A stretch of DNA of 64,000 nucleotides, taken from NCBI GenBank assembly GCA_045124015.1, contig JBGVLA010000192.1:13412-77411 (forward strand). Direction: 5' to 3'. The position numbers and the translations under genes are program-made. The notes under the pieces were generated by a model. That model did no database searches, had not been told where the DNA came from, and saw nothing but the letters and a program-made list of their open reading frames with translations. Within the stretch, counting starts at the first letter, position 1; each line of letters starts with the position of its first letter. Source of the stretch: Eubacteriales bacterium (GTDB taxonomy: Bacteria > Bacillota > Clostridia > Oscillospirales > CAG-272). Positions 55,645 through 64,000 of the stretch are shown in pieces.

Positions 55645-55754
55645 GTCTTTCTCCTATAAAAATTTATTTTTTCACACAATTATGTATGATGATAATTATT
55701 ATATCGCATCTTCACAAAAAATTCAACATTTTTTTCAAAAAACACGAAGAATCT

Positions 55755-56870
55755 TTAGTTTTTTTCTCCTCTGACCGTGTCCACAAGATCATGGATTCTG
55801 TCAACGGGATTGAGAAGCTTGCTGATGGAGCCGTCGCAGTTCATGGTATCGATGATATAAGCAACGTATTTTGCCATATCAACGGATGCGTGCCACGGGC
55901 ATTCATCGATCTTGGGATCGTGATAGTTGAGGTTTGTGGTAAAGATCTTATCAATGATTCCGTTTTCGTATGCTTCGTTGATCTTTGCGGGACCGGAAGT
56001 AAAGAGACCGAAGGTAGAGAACATGAATACGCGGCGCGCACCTCTGTTCTTGAGCTGCTTTGCAACGTCGAGCGCGGAATCGCCGGAAGCGATCATATCG
56101 TCAACGATGATCACGTCCTTGCCTGCAACGGAACGGCCAAGGAATTCATGTGCTTCGATGGGGTTGCGTCCGTCAATGATGACCTTATAGTTGCGGCGCT
56201 TATAGAACATACCGAGCTGAACACCGAGGATAGAGGAATAATACATGGAACGGGACATCGCACCTTCGTCGGGCGCAATGATCATCAGCTTATCCTCATC
56301 AAACGTAATATCGGGATATTCCTTGACAAGAGCCTTGAGCATCTGATATGCAGGACGTACGTTATCGAAGCCACCGTAAGGAATCGCCTGCTGAACGTTG
56401 GGGTCATGCGCATCAAAGGTGATGATATTGGAAACGCCCATTGCAGAAAGATCCTGAAGAGCCATTGCGCAGTCGAGAGATTCTCTCGCGGTTCTGCGGT
56501 GCTGTCTGCCTTCATAAAGCATCGGCATGATGAGAGTCAGTCTGCGTGCTTTGCCGCCGACCGCGCAGATCATACGCTTGATGTCCATAAAATGATCGTC
56601 GGGGCTCATCGGAACCTGCTGACCATACATTTTGTAGGTTACGCCATAATTGAAAACGTCCGCGAAAATATAAGTATCATGACCGCGAAGAGATTCGTGA
56701 ATGATCGCCTTACCTTCACCGGAGCCGAAGCGCGGGCATTCCGCGTCTACGAGATAAGAATCTGTCTTATCGTTGCGCCATTCGTGCAGATAAGAATCCA
56801 CCTTGGAAAGGAATGCGTCGCAGCCTTTCATGCCGATGATACTCAGATCACCGAAATACGTTTTTTCCAT
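55755..56870 (-). CDS. prs: Ribose-phosphate pyrophosphokinase family protein (long variant)
   Basis: 371 aa. PRPP-binding loop VIIVDDMIASGDS and FDAHDPNV block. GGAGGA RBS. Confidence 0.75.
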   Translation of the reverse strand: MEKTYFGDLSIIGMKGCDAFLSKVDSYLHEWRNDKTDSYLVDAECPRFGSGEGKAIIHESLRGHDTYIFADVFNYGVTYKMYGQQVPMSPDDHFMDIKRMICAVGGKARRLTLIMPMLYEGRQHRRTARESLDCAMALQDLSAMGVSNIITFDAHDPNVQQAIPYGGFDNVRPAYQMLKALVKEYPDITFDEDKLMIIAPDEGAMSRSMYYSSILGVQLGMFYKRRNYKVIIDGRNPIEAHEFLGRSVAGKDVIIVDDMIASGDSALDVAKQLKNRGARRVFMFSTFGLFTSGPAKINEAYENGIIDKIFTTNLNYHDPKIDECPWHASVDMAKYVAYIIDTMNCDGSISKLLNPVDRIHDLVDTVRGEKN

Positions 56871-56928
56871 GTCAATAAATCCTCCGTTTGTGTTGTTTTA
56901 TTCCCTATAATGTAAATATCAAATCGTA

Positions 56929-58221
56929 TTAAAAATCAAATGCCGCTTCCACTTCTTGAAGCTCGATCGGTGTTACGCCGATGATCTCGCCGCCAAGGCT
57001 TGCCGCCTGCACGAACGATTTCGCCGTATATTCCAGCATTTCAAGCTTATCAAAGGTATTGAGAAGCGAGCTTCCCGCAGCAACGATACAGTCGTTTTCG
57101 ATGATGGCAACGGGATTCTTTTCAGAGATCTCACTGCCAAGCACCTCCGGCTCCATAAAGGTCTTACCGAAGGGATATTTATGCACGTTGCGCAGCGTCA
57201 TATATGCCTCGGGCAGGAAGGAAGGATCCAGCTCCTTTTCCGTAACGGCAAACGCCATGATGTGCGGCGGATGGGCGATGATCACGCTTTGAAGCTCGGG
57301 ATTGTTCTTGTAGATCGCCGCATGAAGCTTATAGGAACGAGAAGGTATCTTGCCTGCCTCGTGCTTGCCGCGTCGGATGAGGACAAGATCCTCGGGTTCC
57401 AAATACATTCTATCCTTCATATAAGGCGTAATGACGAACGTACCGTCGGAAAGACGGCAGGAAAACGTTCCTTGGTCGCTTGTGAAAAGCTGTTTTTCGT
57501 AAGCACGCTTGATCAGCTCACACATATCGCGTCTGACCGCGAGCTCCTCGCTTGAATACGAAGTCTTTGTAAACTCCGCCATATCCTTGAGCGTTTTATG
57601 ACGGAAAAGCTCCAGATTTTCTGCGGAAAGCGGACGGATCGTGCCGCCGATGGTTTTGGCATTGATCTGAATACGCGCGAAAAACTCCAGCATTTCAAAT
57701 TTCATGAACGCGGAGAAAAGCGTTTCGGAGCCGACAACGACACCGTGATTTTCAAGAATGAGCGTATTGGCGCCCTTTTCAAATTCGCGCGAAATATGGA
57801 TACCAAGCGCTGAGCTTCCGGGAAGCGCATACGGTGCGATCGCGGTCTTTCCCGCGAAGATCAGACCGTCAGGCAGCATCGTCGTATCGGGCATACGGCG
57901 AAGCATACTGAACATGACGAGCGCCGGCGGATGCGCATGAAGCACCGCGTGGATATCGGGACGCTTTTTATAGATGGCAAGATGGAACGGGTATTCCACA
58001 GAAGGGCGATGGATACCCACGATCGTGCCGTCGGAACGGATCTGCATGATATCTTCTCTGCGGAGCTTACCCTTGTCGATACCGCTCGGGGTGATCCAAA
58101 CCGTACCATCCTCGTCTCGAATGGAAAGGTTTCCTCCCGAGGTGATGGTCATATCGTTATAATAGATTCGATTCATCAGCATCACGATCTGATCCGCCGG
58201 ATGAAGCATTTCGAAATTCAT
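56929..58221 (-). CDS. Tandem (fused) class II aldolase/adducin-domain protein
   Basis: Start at ATG 58221 (MNFEMLHP; GGAGGG RBS). Two homologous halves: the first has VLHAHPPALVMFS, the second VIIAHPPHIMAFA. Confidence 0.75.
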   Translation of the reverse strand: MNFEMLHPADQIVMLMNRIYYNDMTITSGGNLSIRDEDGTVWITPSGIDKGKLRREDIMQIRSDGTIVGIHRPSVEYPFHLAIYKKRPDIHAVLHAHPPALVMFSMLRRMPDTTMLPDGLIFAGKTAIAPYALPGSSALGIHISREFEKGANTLILENHGVVVGSETLFSAFMKFEMLEFFARIQINAKTIGGTIRPLSAENLELFRHKTLKDMAEFTKTSYSSEELAVRRDMCELIKRAYEKQLFTSDQGTFSCRLSDGTFVITPYMKDRMYLEPEDLVLIRRGKHEAGKIPSRSYKLHAAIYKNNPELQSVIIAHPPHIMAFAVTEKELDPSFLPEAYMTLRNVHKYPFGKTFMEPEVLGSEISEKNPVAIIENDCIVAAGSSLLNTFDKLEMLEYTAKSFVQAASLGGEIIGVTPIELQEVEAAFDF

Positions 58222-58263
58222 ACAAATCCCTCCTCTGGATGCTGGCACAACAAAATTGCCGAT

Positions 58264-59322
58264 TTATTTGGTGATGGTTACTTTCTTAAGCACCTTGGTC
58301 GCATCGGGGTCGATGCCTCTAACGAGAACGAGCTCAAGCGCCCAAAGCTGCATGGTGATCGCCGCTGTGAATGCGGATACCGCATCGGGCATATCGTATG
58401 CGGTGTTGTTCGGAAGAAGGAGCGCAGAAATGCCTTCTCTCTTTGCAAGCTCTGCATCGTCCGTGATGACGATGATGTCCGCCTTGAGATCCTCAAGGGT
58501 ATTGATCATTTCGATCGCGTCGTCTTCAACCGCACCCTTGAGGGCGATGACAAACGCTACGTCGCCTTCCTGGATCTGCGCCTTGGGACCGTGATGGAAG
58601 TCGGAAACCGCATAACCGCGCATCTTGATGCCATTGGTTTCCAAAATTTTGAGGTGTGCTTCGCAAGCGATGGGATATGCAAAGCCACGGCCGAGAACGA
58701 CACCGCCCTTCATATCCTTACGAGTTTCTGCAAGCTCTCTTACCTTTTCGGGCATATATTCAAGAAGCTTTGCCGCATCGTTATAAATGCCGGAAAGAGC
58801 CGCGAGGAATTTGAAATCGTCTGCCCAAACAGCCGCCAAAAGCGCGAGGGTCATCATCTGAGAGGTAAAGGTCTTGGTTGCCGCGATGCTGGTCTCTTCG
58901 CCCGCGTTGCAGCAAAGATGATATTTCGCAGTCTTTGCGAGAGGAGATTCGGGATAGTTTGTGATCGCAAGCGTGATCGCGCCTGTTTCATTTGCGCGTT
59001 CGATAACGGAGATAACGTCAGCAGCCTTACCGGACTGAGAAACGCCGATCACAAGGGTCTTTCCGAAGGAAAGCTTGCCGTTATACTTGGTGATGGCAGA
59101 GGGAGTCGTAAGTCCGCAGGGGACGCCGACGATGGTATGAAGGAGATACTGAGCGTAGATACAAGCGTGGTCGGAGGTACCGCGCGCCGCAAACTGCACG
59201 TTGGTAACGCCTGCCGCCTTGATATCCGCAACGATGCTTCTGACCGTTTCAAGATTTGCCGCGATAACGCCATAAAGGACGCCCGGCTGTTCACGAATTT
59301 CTTTTTCGAGATTGATCATCAT
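58264..59322 (-). CDS. Double-SIS-domain sugar phosphate isomerase/deaminase-like protein (GlmS C-terminal / AgaS / FrlB type)
   Basis: 352 aa. FAARGTSDHA and VIGVSQSGKAADV SIS motifs, and a second SIS half. Confidence 0.75.
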   Translation of the reverse strand: MMINLEKEIREQPGVLYGVIAANLETVRSIVADIKAAGVTNVQFAARGTSDHACIYAQYLLHTIVGVPCGLTTPSAITKYNGKLSFGKTLVIGVSQSGKAADVISVIERANETGAITLAITNYPESPLAKTAKYHLCCNAGEETSIAATKTFTSQMMTLALLAAVWADDFKFLAALSGIYNDAAKLLEYMPEKVRELAETRKDMKGGVVLGRGFAYPIACEAHLKILETNGIKMRGYAVSDFHHGPKAQIQEGDVAFVIALKGAVEDDAIEMINTLEDLKADIIVITDDAELAKREGISALLLPNNTAYDMPDAVSAFTAAITMQLWALELVLVRGIDPDATKVLKKVTITK

Positions 59323-59411
59323 AATAATATCTTCACTTTCTTTTTATTTTTTCCGAAAAAATCAAGGAGGATAGAAATACATCTCCAAAATTTATCCTAT
59401 ATTCATATATA

Positions 59412-59440
59412 AGTTTACCCGTAAAACCGCTCAATGTCAA
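59412..59440 (-). promoter_or_regulatory. Candidate promoter of the SIS-aldolase unit
   Basis: On the minus strand TTGACA (59440-59435), 17 nt, TAAACT (59417-59412). Confidence 0.5.
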
Positions 59441-59460
59441 GAGCCAAACGCCTTTCCAAA

Positions 59461-59498
59461 AGAAAAAACGCGCAGAAAAAAGAAAAAACGCGCAGAAA
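59461..59498. repeat. Tandem direct repeat, 18 nt x2 with 20-nt periodicity
   Basis: AGAAAAAACGCGCAGAAA at 59461-59478 and again at 59481-59498, both exact. Lies just upstream of the -35 of the minus-strand promoter. Confidence 0.8.
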
Positions 59499-59527
59499 GT
59501 CGCATTTCTTCGGTCAAACCTATGACG

Positions 59528-59552
59528 AAAAAAGCGGCAGAGCCGCTTTTTT
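59528..59552 (-). terminator. rhaA terminator
   Basis: Stem GCGGC/GCCGC with a 3-nt loop, flanked by A6 and T6. Lies 53 nt downstream of the rhaA stop. Confidence 0.65.
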
Positions 59553-59604
59553 CGTTTTTTCGGATGTATTTGCCTTGGAAATCTGCCGAAATTAAATTCG
59601 CCGC

Positions 59605-60858
59605 TTATCTTGCGAGAAGAACTTCTTTTTCGTATTTTTTGATCTCTTCGAACCAAGAGGTGTCAGCCGCAACGCCGCAACGTTCGCAGTATTCTGCCCA
59701 AACAGCGCTGAAAGGAAGCATCTTTGCTTCTTCCTGCATCACCATAAGCTCGGTGAAGTTGCTTTCGTCCTGGAGCTTCTTGAGAGCCGCATTCGGTGTG
59801 CAGAGCGCCATAAGGAGTGCCTTCTGGAAGCTTCTGAAGCCAACGACCCAAGCGGAGATACGGTTGATGCTTGCATCGAAGTAGTCGAGTGCGATATATG
59901 TGCGGTCAAGCGCGTTGCAACGAACGATCTCTTTTGCGATCTCCTTGGTTTCGTCGTCGAGGATGACAACATGGTCGGAGTCCCAACGGATACCACGGGT
60001 TACGTGGAGCGCGATCTCGTCAAAGAAGCAAAGGAGCGCGGGGATCTTATCGGAAACGACTTCGGTGGGGTGATAGTGGCCGTTATCCATGAGAGGGAGA
60101 CATCTGTCCTTATTCATAGCCGCGATGCTGAGAGCAAATTCTGCGCTGCCGCAGGTGTAAGCTTCAACGCCGATACCGAATACCTTGGATTCTACGCAGG
60201 GCTTAACCTTGTTAAAATCGAACGGCTCGGAAAGGATCTGTTCGATGGAATCTCTGTAACGCATTCTCGGACCCATTCTGTCGGAAGGAACGTCCTTGAA
60301 GCCGTCGCCGGTCCAGATGTTCATAACGCAGGGGATACCGGTTTCTTCTGCGAAATACTGGGAAATGCGGATACAAGCCTTACCGTGTTCGATCCAGAAA
60401 TCACGAACCTCTTTGTCGGGATGGCTGAGGGTAAGACCGTCCTTCTGCATGGGGTGAGAGAAGAACGTGGGGTTAAAGTCGATACCCATGTTTCTTTCCT
60501 TTGCGAATTCTACCCATTTCTTGAAGTGCTTGGGTTCGAGCTTGTCGCGGTCAACGAAGCCGTCTTCAAAGATCGCGTAGCAAGCGTGAACGTTGAGCTT
60601 CTTTGCGCCGGGGCAAAGAGAGAGTGCCTTATCCATATCAGCCATGAGCTGTTCGGGAGTGGTTGCCTTGCCGGGGTAGTTACCTGTGGTCTGGATACCG
60701 CCTGTGAGCGCACCGTCGTTATCAAAGCCGATAACGTCGTCGCCCTGCCAGCAGTGTACCGCTACGGGAACCTTTTTGAGAGTTTCAATGGCTGCTTCAA
60801 CGTCAACGCCGACAGCAGCATACGCTTCTTTTGCGAGTTCAAATGCTTTGGTGGACAT
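59605..60858 (-). CDS. rhaA: L-rhamnose isomerase
   Basis: 417 aa. VAVHCWQGDDV, NVHACYAIF, DNGHYHPTE and RWDSDHVV are RhaA blocks. Confidence 0.92.
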   Translation of the reverse strand: MSTKAFELAKEAYAAVGVDVEAAIETLKKVPVAVHCWQGDDVIGFDNDGALTGGIQTTGNYPGKATTPEQLMADMDKALSLCPGAKKLNVHACYAIFEDGFVDRDKLEPKHFKKWVEFAKERNMGIDFNPTFFSHPMQKDGLTLSHPDKEVRDFWIEHGKACIRISQYFAEETGIPCVMNIWTGDGFKDVPSDRMGPRMRYRDSIEQILSEPFDFNKVKPCVESKVFGIGVEAYTCGSAEFALSIAAMNKDRCLPLMDNGHYHPTEVVSDKIPALLCFFDEIALHVTRGIRWDSDHVVILDDETKEIAKEIVRCNALDRTYIALDYFDASINRISAWVVGFRSFQKALLMALCTPNAALKKLQDESNFTELMVMQEEAKMLPFSAVWAEYCERCGVAADTSWFEEIKKYEKEVLLAR

Positions 60859-60908
60859 AAGTTTGGTTTCCTTTCTGATGTATGTATATTTTTATTTTTT
60901 GATTTCTT

Positions 60909-60934
60909 ATGCCTTCTCCCGTGGGAGAAGGCAT
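60909..60934 (-). other. Intercistronic stem-loop between rhaB and rhaA
   Basis: 12-bp inverted repeat ATGCCTTCTCCC/GGGAGAAGGCAT with no U tract. Confidence 0.6.
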
Positions 60935-60946
60935 ATGTATTCCGAC

Positions 60947-62431
60947 TTATTTCTTAATGAGCTTGAGGAATCTTTCGTAAGCCTCGTCCCAAGCCGCCAT
61001 CTTGTCTGCTTCGGGCTCGTAGGTCTTAACCTCAAAGGAATCTGCGATGACCTGTCTTGCTTCCCACATATCCTTGATCTCGCCGAGTGCGATCGCCTGT
61101 GCCGCGATGTTGCCGAGTGCAGTCGCTTCTACGGGGCCTGCATAAACGGGACGACCGCAAGCGGTAGCGGCAAACTGAGAAAGCTGATCTTCCTTGGTAC
61201 CGCCGCCAACGATGTTGATGGCAGGGATTCTTTCGCCGCACATTTCATCGATGCATTCGCAGGTGTAACGGTAACGCATTGCAAGGCTTTCGAGGATGCA
61301 ACGAACGATCTCGCCCTTGGTCTGAGGAACGTACTGACCGGTCTCACGGCAGTATTCTGCGATTCTCTTCGGAATATTGCCGGGAACGCCGAAGCGTGCA
61401 TCGTCGGTATCGATGAAGCAACGAAGCGGTTCAGCATTCGCCGCCATAGCCGCAAGCTCACCGAAGGAAACCTTTTCGCCTTCTCTTTCCCACTGACGCT
61501 TGGATTCCTGTTCGACCCAAAGACCTGTGATGTTTTTGGAGAAGCGGATGGTACCACCGTAACCGCCCTCGTTTGTAAAGTTGTATTCCTTGGATTTTTC
61601 GCTGATCACGGGGTTCTTGGTCTCGGTACCCATGATGGACCATGTACCGGAGGAAAGCCAAATGAATTTTTCGCTCTTTGCAGGAACGGCAAGAACAGCA
61701 CTGCCTGTGTCATGCGCACAAACGGAAACGACCTTCGGGCAGATACCGCCGAATTCCTCCTGAAGAGAAGGAAGAAGCTCGCCGCAGGTAGCGCCGGGCA
61801 TTACCACGTCGGAGAAGAGCTTGTTCGGGAGACCGAATTTATCGATAAGGGTCTTCGACCATGTTCTGGTGTTCGCGTCGAGAAGCTGGCTTGTGGACGC
61901 GATGGTGTATTCTGTCTGCTTTTTGCCTGTGAGGAAGTAGTTGAGAAGGTCGGGAACGAAGAGCATATCGGATGCGATATCAAAGAGCTCGGGAGTATCC
62001 TTCTGAACCGCAAGAAGCTGATAGAGAGAGTTCAGCTCCAAGACCTGGATACCGGTGATGCCGTAGACCTCTTCTGCGGAAACGATGCTTGTGGAAGCGG
62101 CAGGCATACCTACGGTACGAACGTCGCGGTAATGAACGGGATTGCCGATGAGGTGTCCTTTTTTGTCAAGGAAACCGAAGTCAACGCCCCATGTGTCGAT
62201 ACCGATGGATGCGATATCGCGGTCTTCGCTGTTCGCACAGTTGCGGATAGAGGTCTTGATCTCATGAAGGATACGGAGAATATCCCATGTAAACTGACCT
62301 GCTACCATAACGGGTTCGTTCGGGAAACGGTGGTTTTCTTCGAGTGTGAAGCGTTTGCCGTCGAATGTGCCGACGATACCGCGTCCGCTCGACGCGCCAA
62401 GGTCAATGGCGAGCATTTTTACTTTTTTCAT
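60947..62431 (-). CDS. rhaB: Rhamnulokinase
   Basis: 494 aa. FGGY-family kinase with LAIDLGASSGRGIVG and a rhamnulokinase-like body. Adjacent to rhaA. Confidence 0.88.
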   Translation of the reverse strand: MKKVKMLAIDLGASSGRGIVGTFDGKRFTLEENHRFPNEPVMVAGQFTWDILRILHEIKTSIRNCANSEDRDIASIGIDTWGVDFGFLDKKGHLIGNPVHYRDVRTVGMPAASTSIVSAEEVYGITGIQVLELNSLYQLLAVQKDTPELFDIASDMLFVPDLLNYFLTGKKQTEYTIASTSQLLDANTRTWSKTLIDKFGLPNKLFSDVVMPGATCGELLPSLQEEFGGICPKVVSVCAHDTGSAVLAVPAKSEKFIWLSSGTWSIMGTETKNPVISEKSKEYNFTNEGGYGGTIRFSKNITGLWVEQESKRQWEREGEKVSFGELAAMAANAEPLRCFIDTDDARFGVPGNIPKRIAEYCRETGQYVPQTKGEIVRCILESLAMRYRYTCECIDEMCGERIPAINIVGGGTKEDQLSQFAATACGRPVYAGPVEATALGNIAAQAIALGEIKDMWEARQVIADSFEVKTYEPEADKMAAWDEAYERFLKLIKK

Positions 62432-62480
62432 ATCTAAAATATCCTTTCAAATATATAAATTCTTTTGGTTTTCAGAAGTT

Positions 62481-64000
62481 TTATTTCAGCTCTGCAATGG
62501 AAACGCCCGTATCACCCTCACCGTAGGAGCCGATTCGCACGGAAGCGATTCTGGCATCGCGACGCAGGAAATCGGTAACGGCTTTGCGGAGCGCGCCCGT
62601 ACCCTTGCCGTGAATGATACGCAAGGACTTGACGCCTGCGCGCTTGGCATCGTCGATATATTTATCGAGCAGGAAGCAAGCGTCGTCGCCGTAATTGCCG
62701 CGCAGATCGATTTCGGGATTGAAAGCGGCGATCGCACGGTCGCCCGCGCTCTTCGCAGGGCCTTTTTTGCCGTTCTTATCGGTAAAGGTAACCTTCACGC
62801 CGTCAATGAGCATGAGATTTTTGATGTTGGTCTTAGTCTTGATGATGCCCGCCTGCACCTGTACGTTTCCGCTCTTATCGGGGTCGGAGAGCAGAACGCC
62901 CTTTTGTCCGATGGAAACGAGAACGACCTCATCGCCCTTTTTGAGCGCGCGGGGCAATTCGTAATTTTCCACCGTCTTGGGGTCAACGGGGTCAAGATTG
63001 TCGCTGTTTTCTTTGAGGTGTATCTTAATATTTCTGCGTGCTTCGTCAAGGGATTTCGCAAGGTTTTCGCTTTCGCGTTCCTTTTTCACCTTTTCAAGCT
63101 CCGCAAAGATATAATCGCTGGAAACCTTTGCGCTTTCCACCATACGGACCGCGGTCGCCTTGGCTTTTTCAAGCTCTTTTGCGGCTTCCGCCTCGCGCTT
63201 GGTAACGAAATCATCCATCTCCGCCTTTTCGCGCCGCGCTTGCGCGAGAAGCATTTCGGCTTCTGTTTTAGCGGTCTCCATGGCGATACGTTCCTTTTCA
63301 AGGCGTTCGATGACCGCTTCAAAGCGACGGTTTTCACCCGAAACGTAGGATTCTGCGCGTTCAATGATGGACGCGGGAAGTCCGAGCTTTTTGGAGATGG
63401 CAAACGCATTGGATTTACCGGGCGTACCGATGATGAGCTTATAGGTCGGACGGAGCGTATTCACGTCAAACTCACAGGAAGCATTGCAAACGCCATCCGT
63501 ATCGAGCGCGTAAGATTTGAGCTCCGCATAGTGTGTGGTTGCGGCGCAAAGCGCGTTTTTCTCGCGTACCGCCTCCAAAATGGAAACGGCAAGCGCCGCG
63601 CCCTCGACGGGGTCTGTTCCCGCGCCCACCTCGTCGAAGAGGACGAGGCATCTGCCCTCGATGTTTGCGAGCATTTCCACGATATGCACCATATGCGAGG
63701 AGAACGTGGAAAGCGATTGCTCGATGCTCTGTTCATCACCGATATCCGCGAGGATATCGTCGAAAATGCACATCACCGAGCCGTCAGCCACGGGGATATG
63801 AAGTCCCGATTGGGTCATGATGGCAAAAAGTCCGAGGGTTTTGAGGGTAACGGTCTTACCGCCCGTATTCGGGCCCGTGATGACAAGGGTATCGAAATCC
63901 TTGCCGAGGGAAACGGTGATGGGCACGACCTTGTCCGCGGAAATAAGCGGATGGCGTGCACGGAGCAGATTCATTTCTCTTGCCGCCGTGATCTGGGGGG
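62481..64000 (-). CDS. mutS2: Endonuclease MutS2, C-terminal about 506 aa (the 5' end lies beyond the right edge)
   Basis: The frame stays open to position 64000. Walker A ITGPNTGGKT, DEVGAGTDP, a long coiled coil and a C-terminal Smr domain (IDLRG...LRIIHGKGTGALR). Confidence 0.9.
   Translation of the reverse strand, partial: PQITAAREMNLLRARHPLISADKVVPITVSLGKDFDTLVITGPNTGGKTVTLKTLGLFAIMTQSGLHIPVADGSVMCIFDDILADIGDEQSIEQSLSTFSSHMVHIVEMLANIEGRCLVLFDEVGAGTDPVEGAALAVSILEAVREKNALCAATTHYAELKSYALDTDGVCNASCEFDVNTLRPTYKLIIGTPGKSNAFAISKKLGLPASIIERAESYVSGENRRFEAVIERLEKERIAMETAKTEAEMLLAQARREKAEMDDFVTKREAEAAKELEKAKATAVRMVESAKVSSDYIFAELEKVKKERESENLAKSLDEARRNIKIHLKENSDNLDPVDPKTVENYELPRALKKGDEVVLVSIGQKGVLLSDPDKSGNVQVQAGIIKTKTNIKNLMLIDGVKVTFTDKNGKKGPAKSAGDRAIAAFNPEIDLRGNYGDDACFLLDKYIDDAKRAGVKSLRIIHGKGTGALRKAVTDFLRRDARIASVRIGSYGEGDTGVSIAELK

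Noticed and set aside
59333-59656. A 107-aa minus-strand ORF spanning the rhaA-SIS intergenic region.
   Set aside because: It overlaps the rhaA 3' end, the terminator, the tandem repeat and the promoter. Its product is Lys/Arg/Phe-rich low-complexity sequence derived from A/T runs.
1-64000. A window-wide look for tRNA/rRNA genes, CRISPR arrays, IS elements/transposases, integrases and defence-system hallmarks (nuclease-ATPase pairs, restriction-modification, toxin-antitoxin beyond the XRE pair).
   Set aside because: I saw no GGTTCGAATCC-type T-arm motifs and no regularly spaced direct repeats other than the single 2x18-nt repeat. No DDE, tyrosine or serine recombinase motifs appear in any frame. 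The window looks like core chromosome except for the 28.8-31.0 kb islet.

Overview
The window reads as chromosomal DNA from a spore-forming, anaerobic Firmicutes/Clostridia-type bacterium. Supporting signs are a T-box leader, the HprK, GdpP-YybS, TepA and CotF genes, rubrerythrin, about 50% G+C and strong GGAGG-type ribosome-binding sites. All calls rest on my own reading of the translations and of RNA/DNA motifs; no database search was possible.

Most of the window is core metabolism and housekeeping:
- Left edge: a minus-strand block with GH20 hexosaminidase (partial), rubrerythrin, thioredoxin, a mini FTR-like protein, MalQ, a Gfo/Idh/MocA oxidoreductase and a BNR/sialidase-fold protein.
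- Threonine genes: hom divergent from thrC-thrB-ACT.
- asnS, an aminotransferase and purB, followed by ddl and a type II PanK-like gene.
- mgsA and sanA.
- tepA, a DUF362 protein and ispE.
- An SGNH esterase and a 966-aa GH28 protein.
- rnj; glpQ, gdpP, a yybS-like gene and hprK.
- An orphan family-5 solute-binding protein (SBP) and a URO-D-like protein.
- T-box-controlled serS and prs.
- A rhamnose locus (rhaB, rhaA, a SIS protein and a fused double class II aldolase) directly downstream of mutS2 (partial).

The most interesting region is 11.57-18.58 kb. A consensus promoter, a candidate cobalamin riboswitch and a terminator precede seven genes. Three encode surface-tethered DUF4430/transcobalamin-like proteins, and the rest form a dedicated ECF transporter (T component, fused A-A' ATPase, S component). 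I read this as a largely uncharacterised Gram-positive corrinoid capture and uptake system.

Other points worth a second look:
- A pduL / NifU-like / GGGtGRT gene set of unknown function.
- A roughly 160-nt multi-hairpin repeat present twice.
- An AT-rich islet with tandem XRE regulators next to a LysR gene remnant.
- A tandem direct repeat upstream of the SIS-aldolase promoter.
- Several structured intergenic elements.

I saw no rRNA, tRNA, CRISPR array, transposase or integrase. Many long ORFs in the six-frame track are antisense shadows of real genes.
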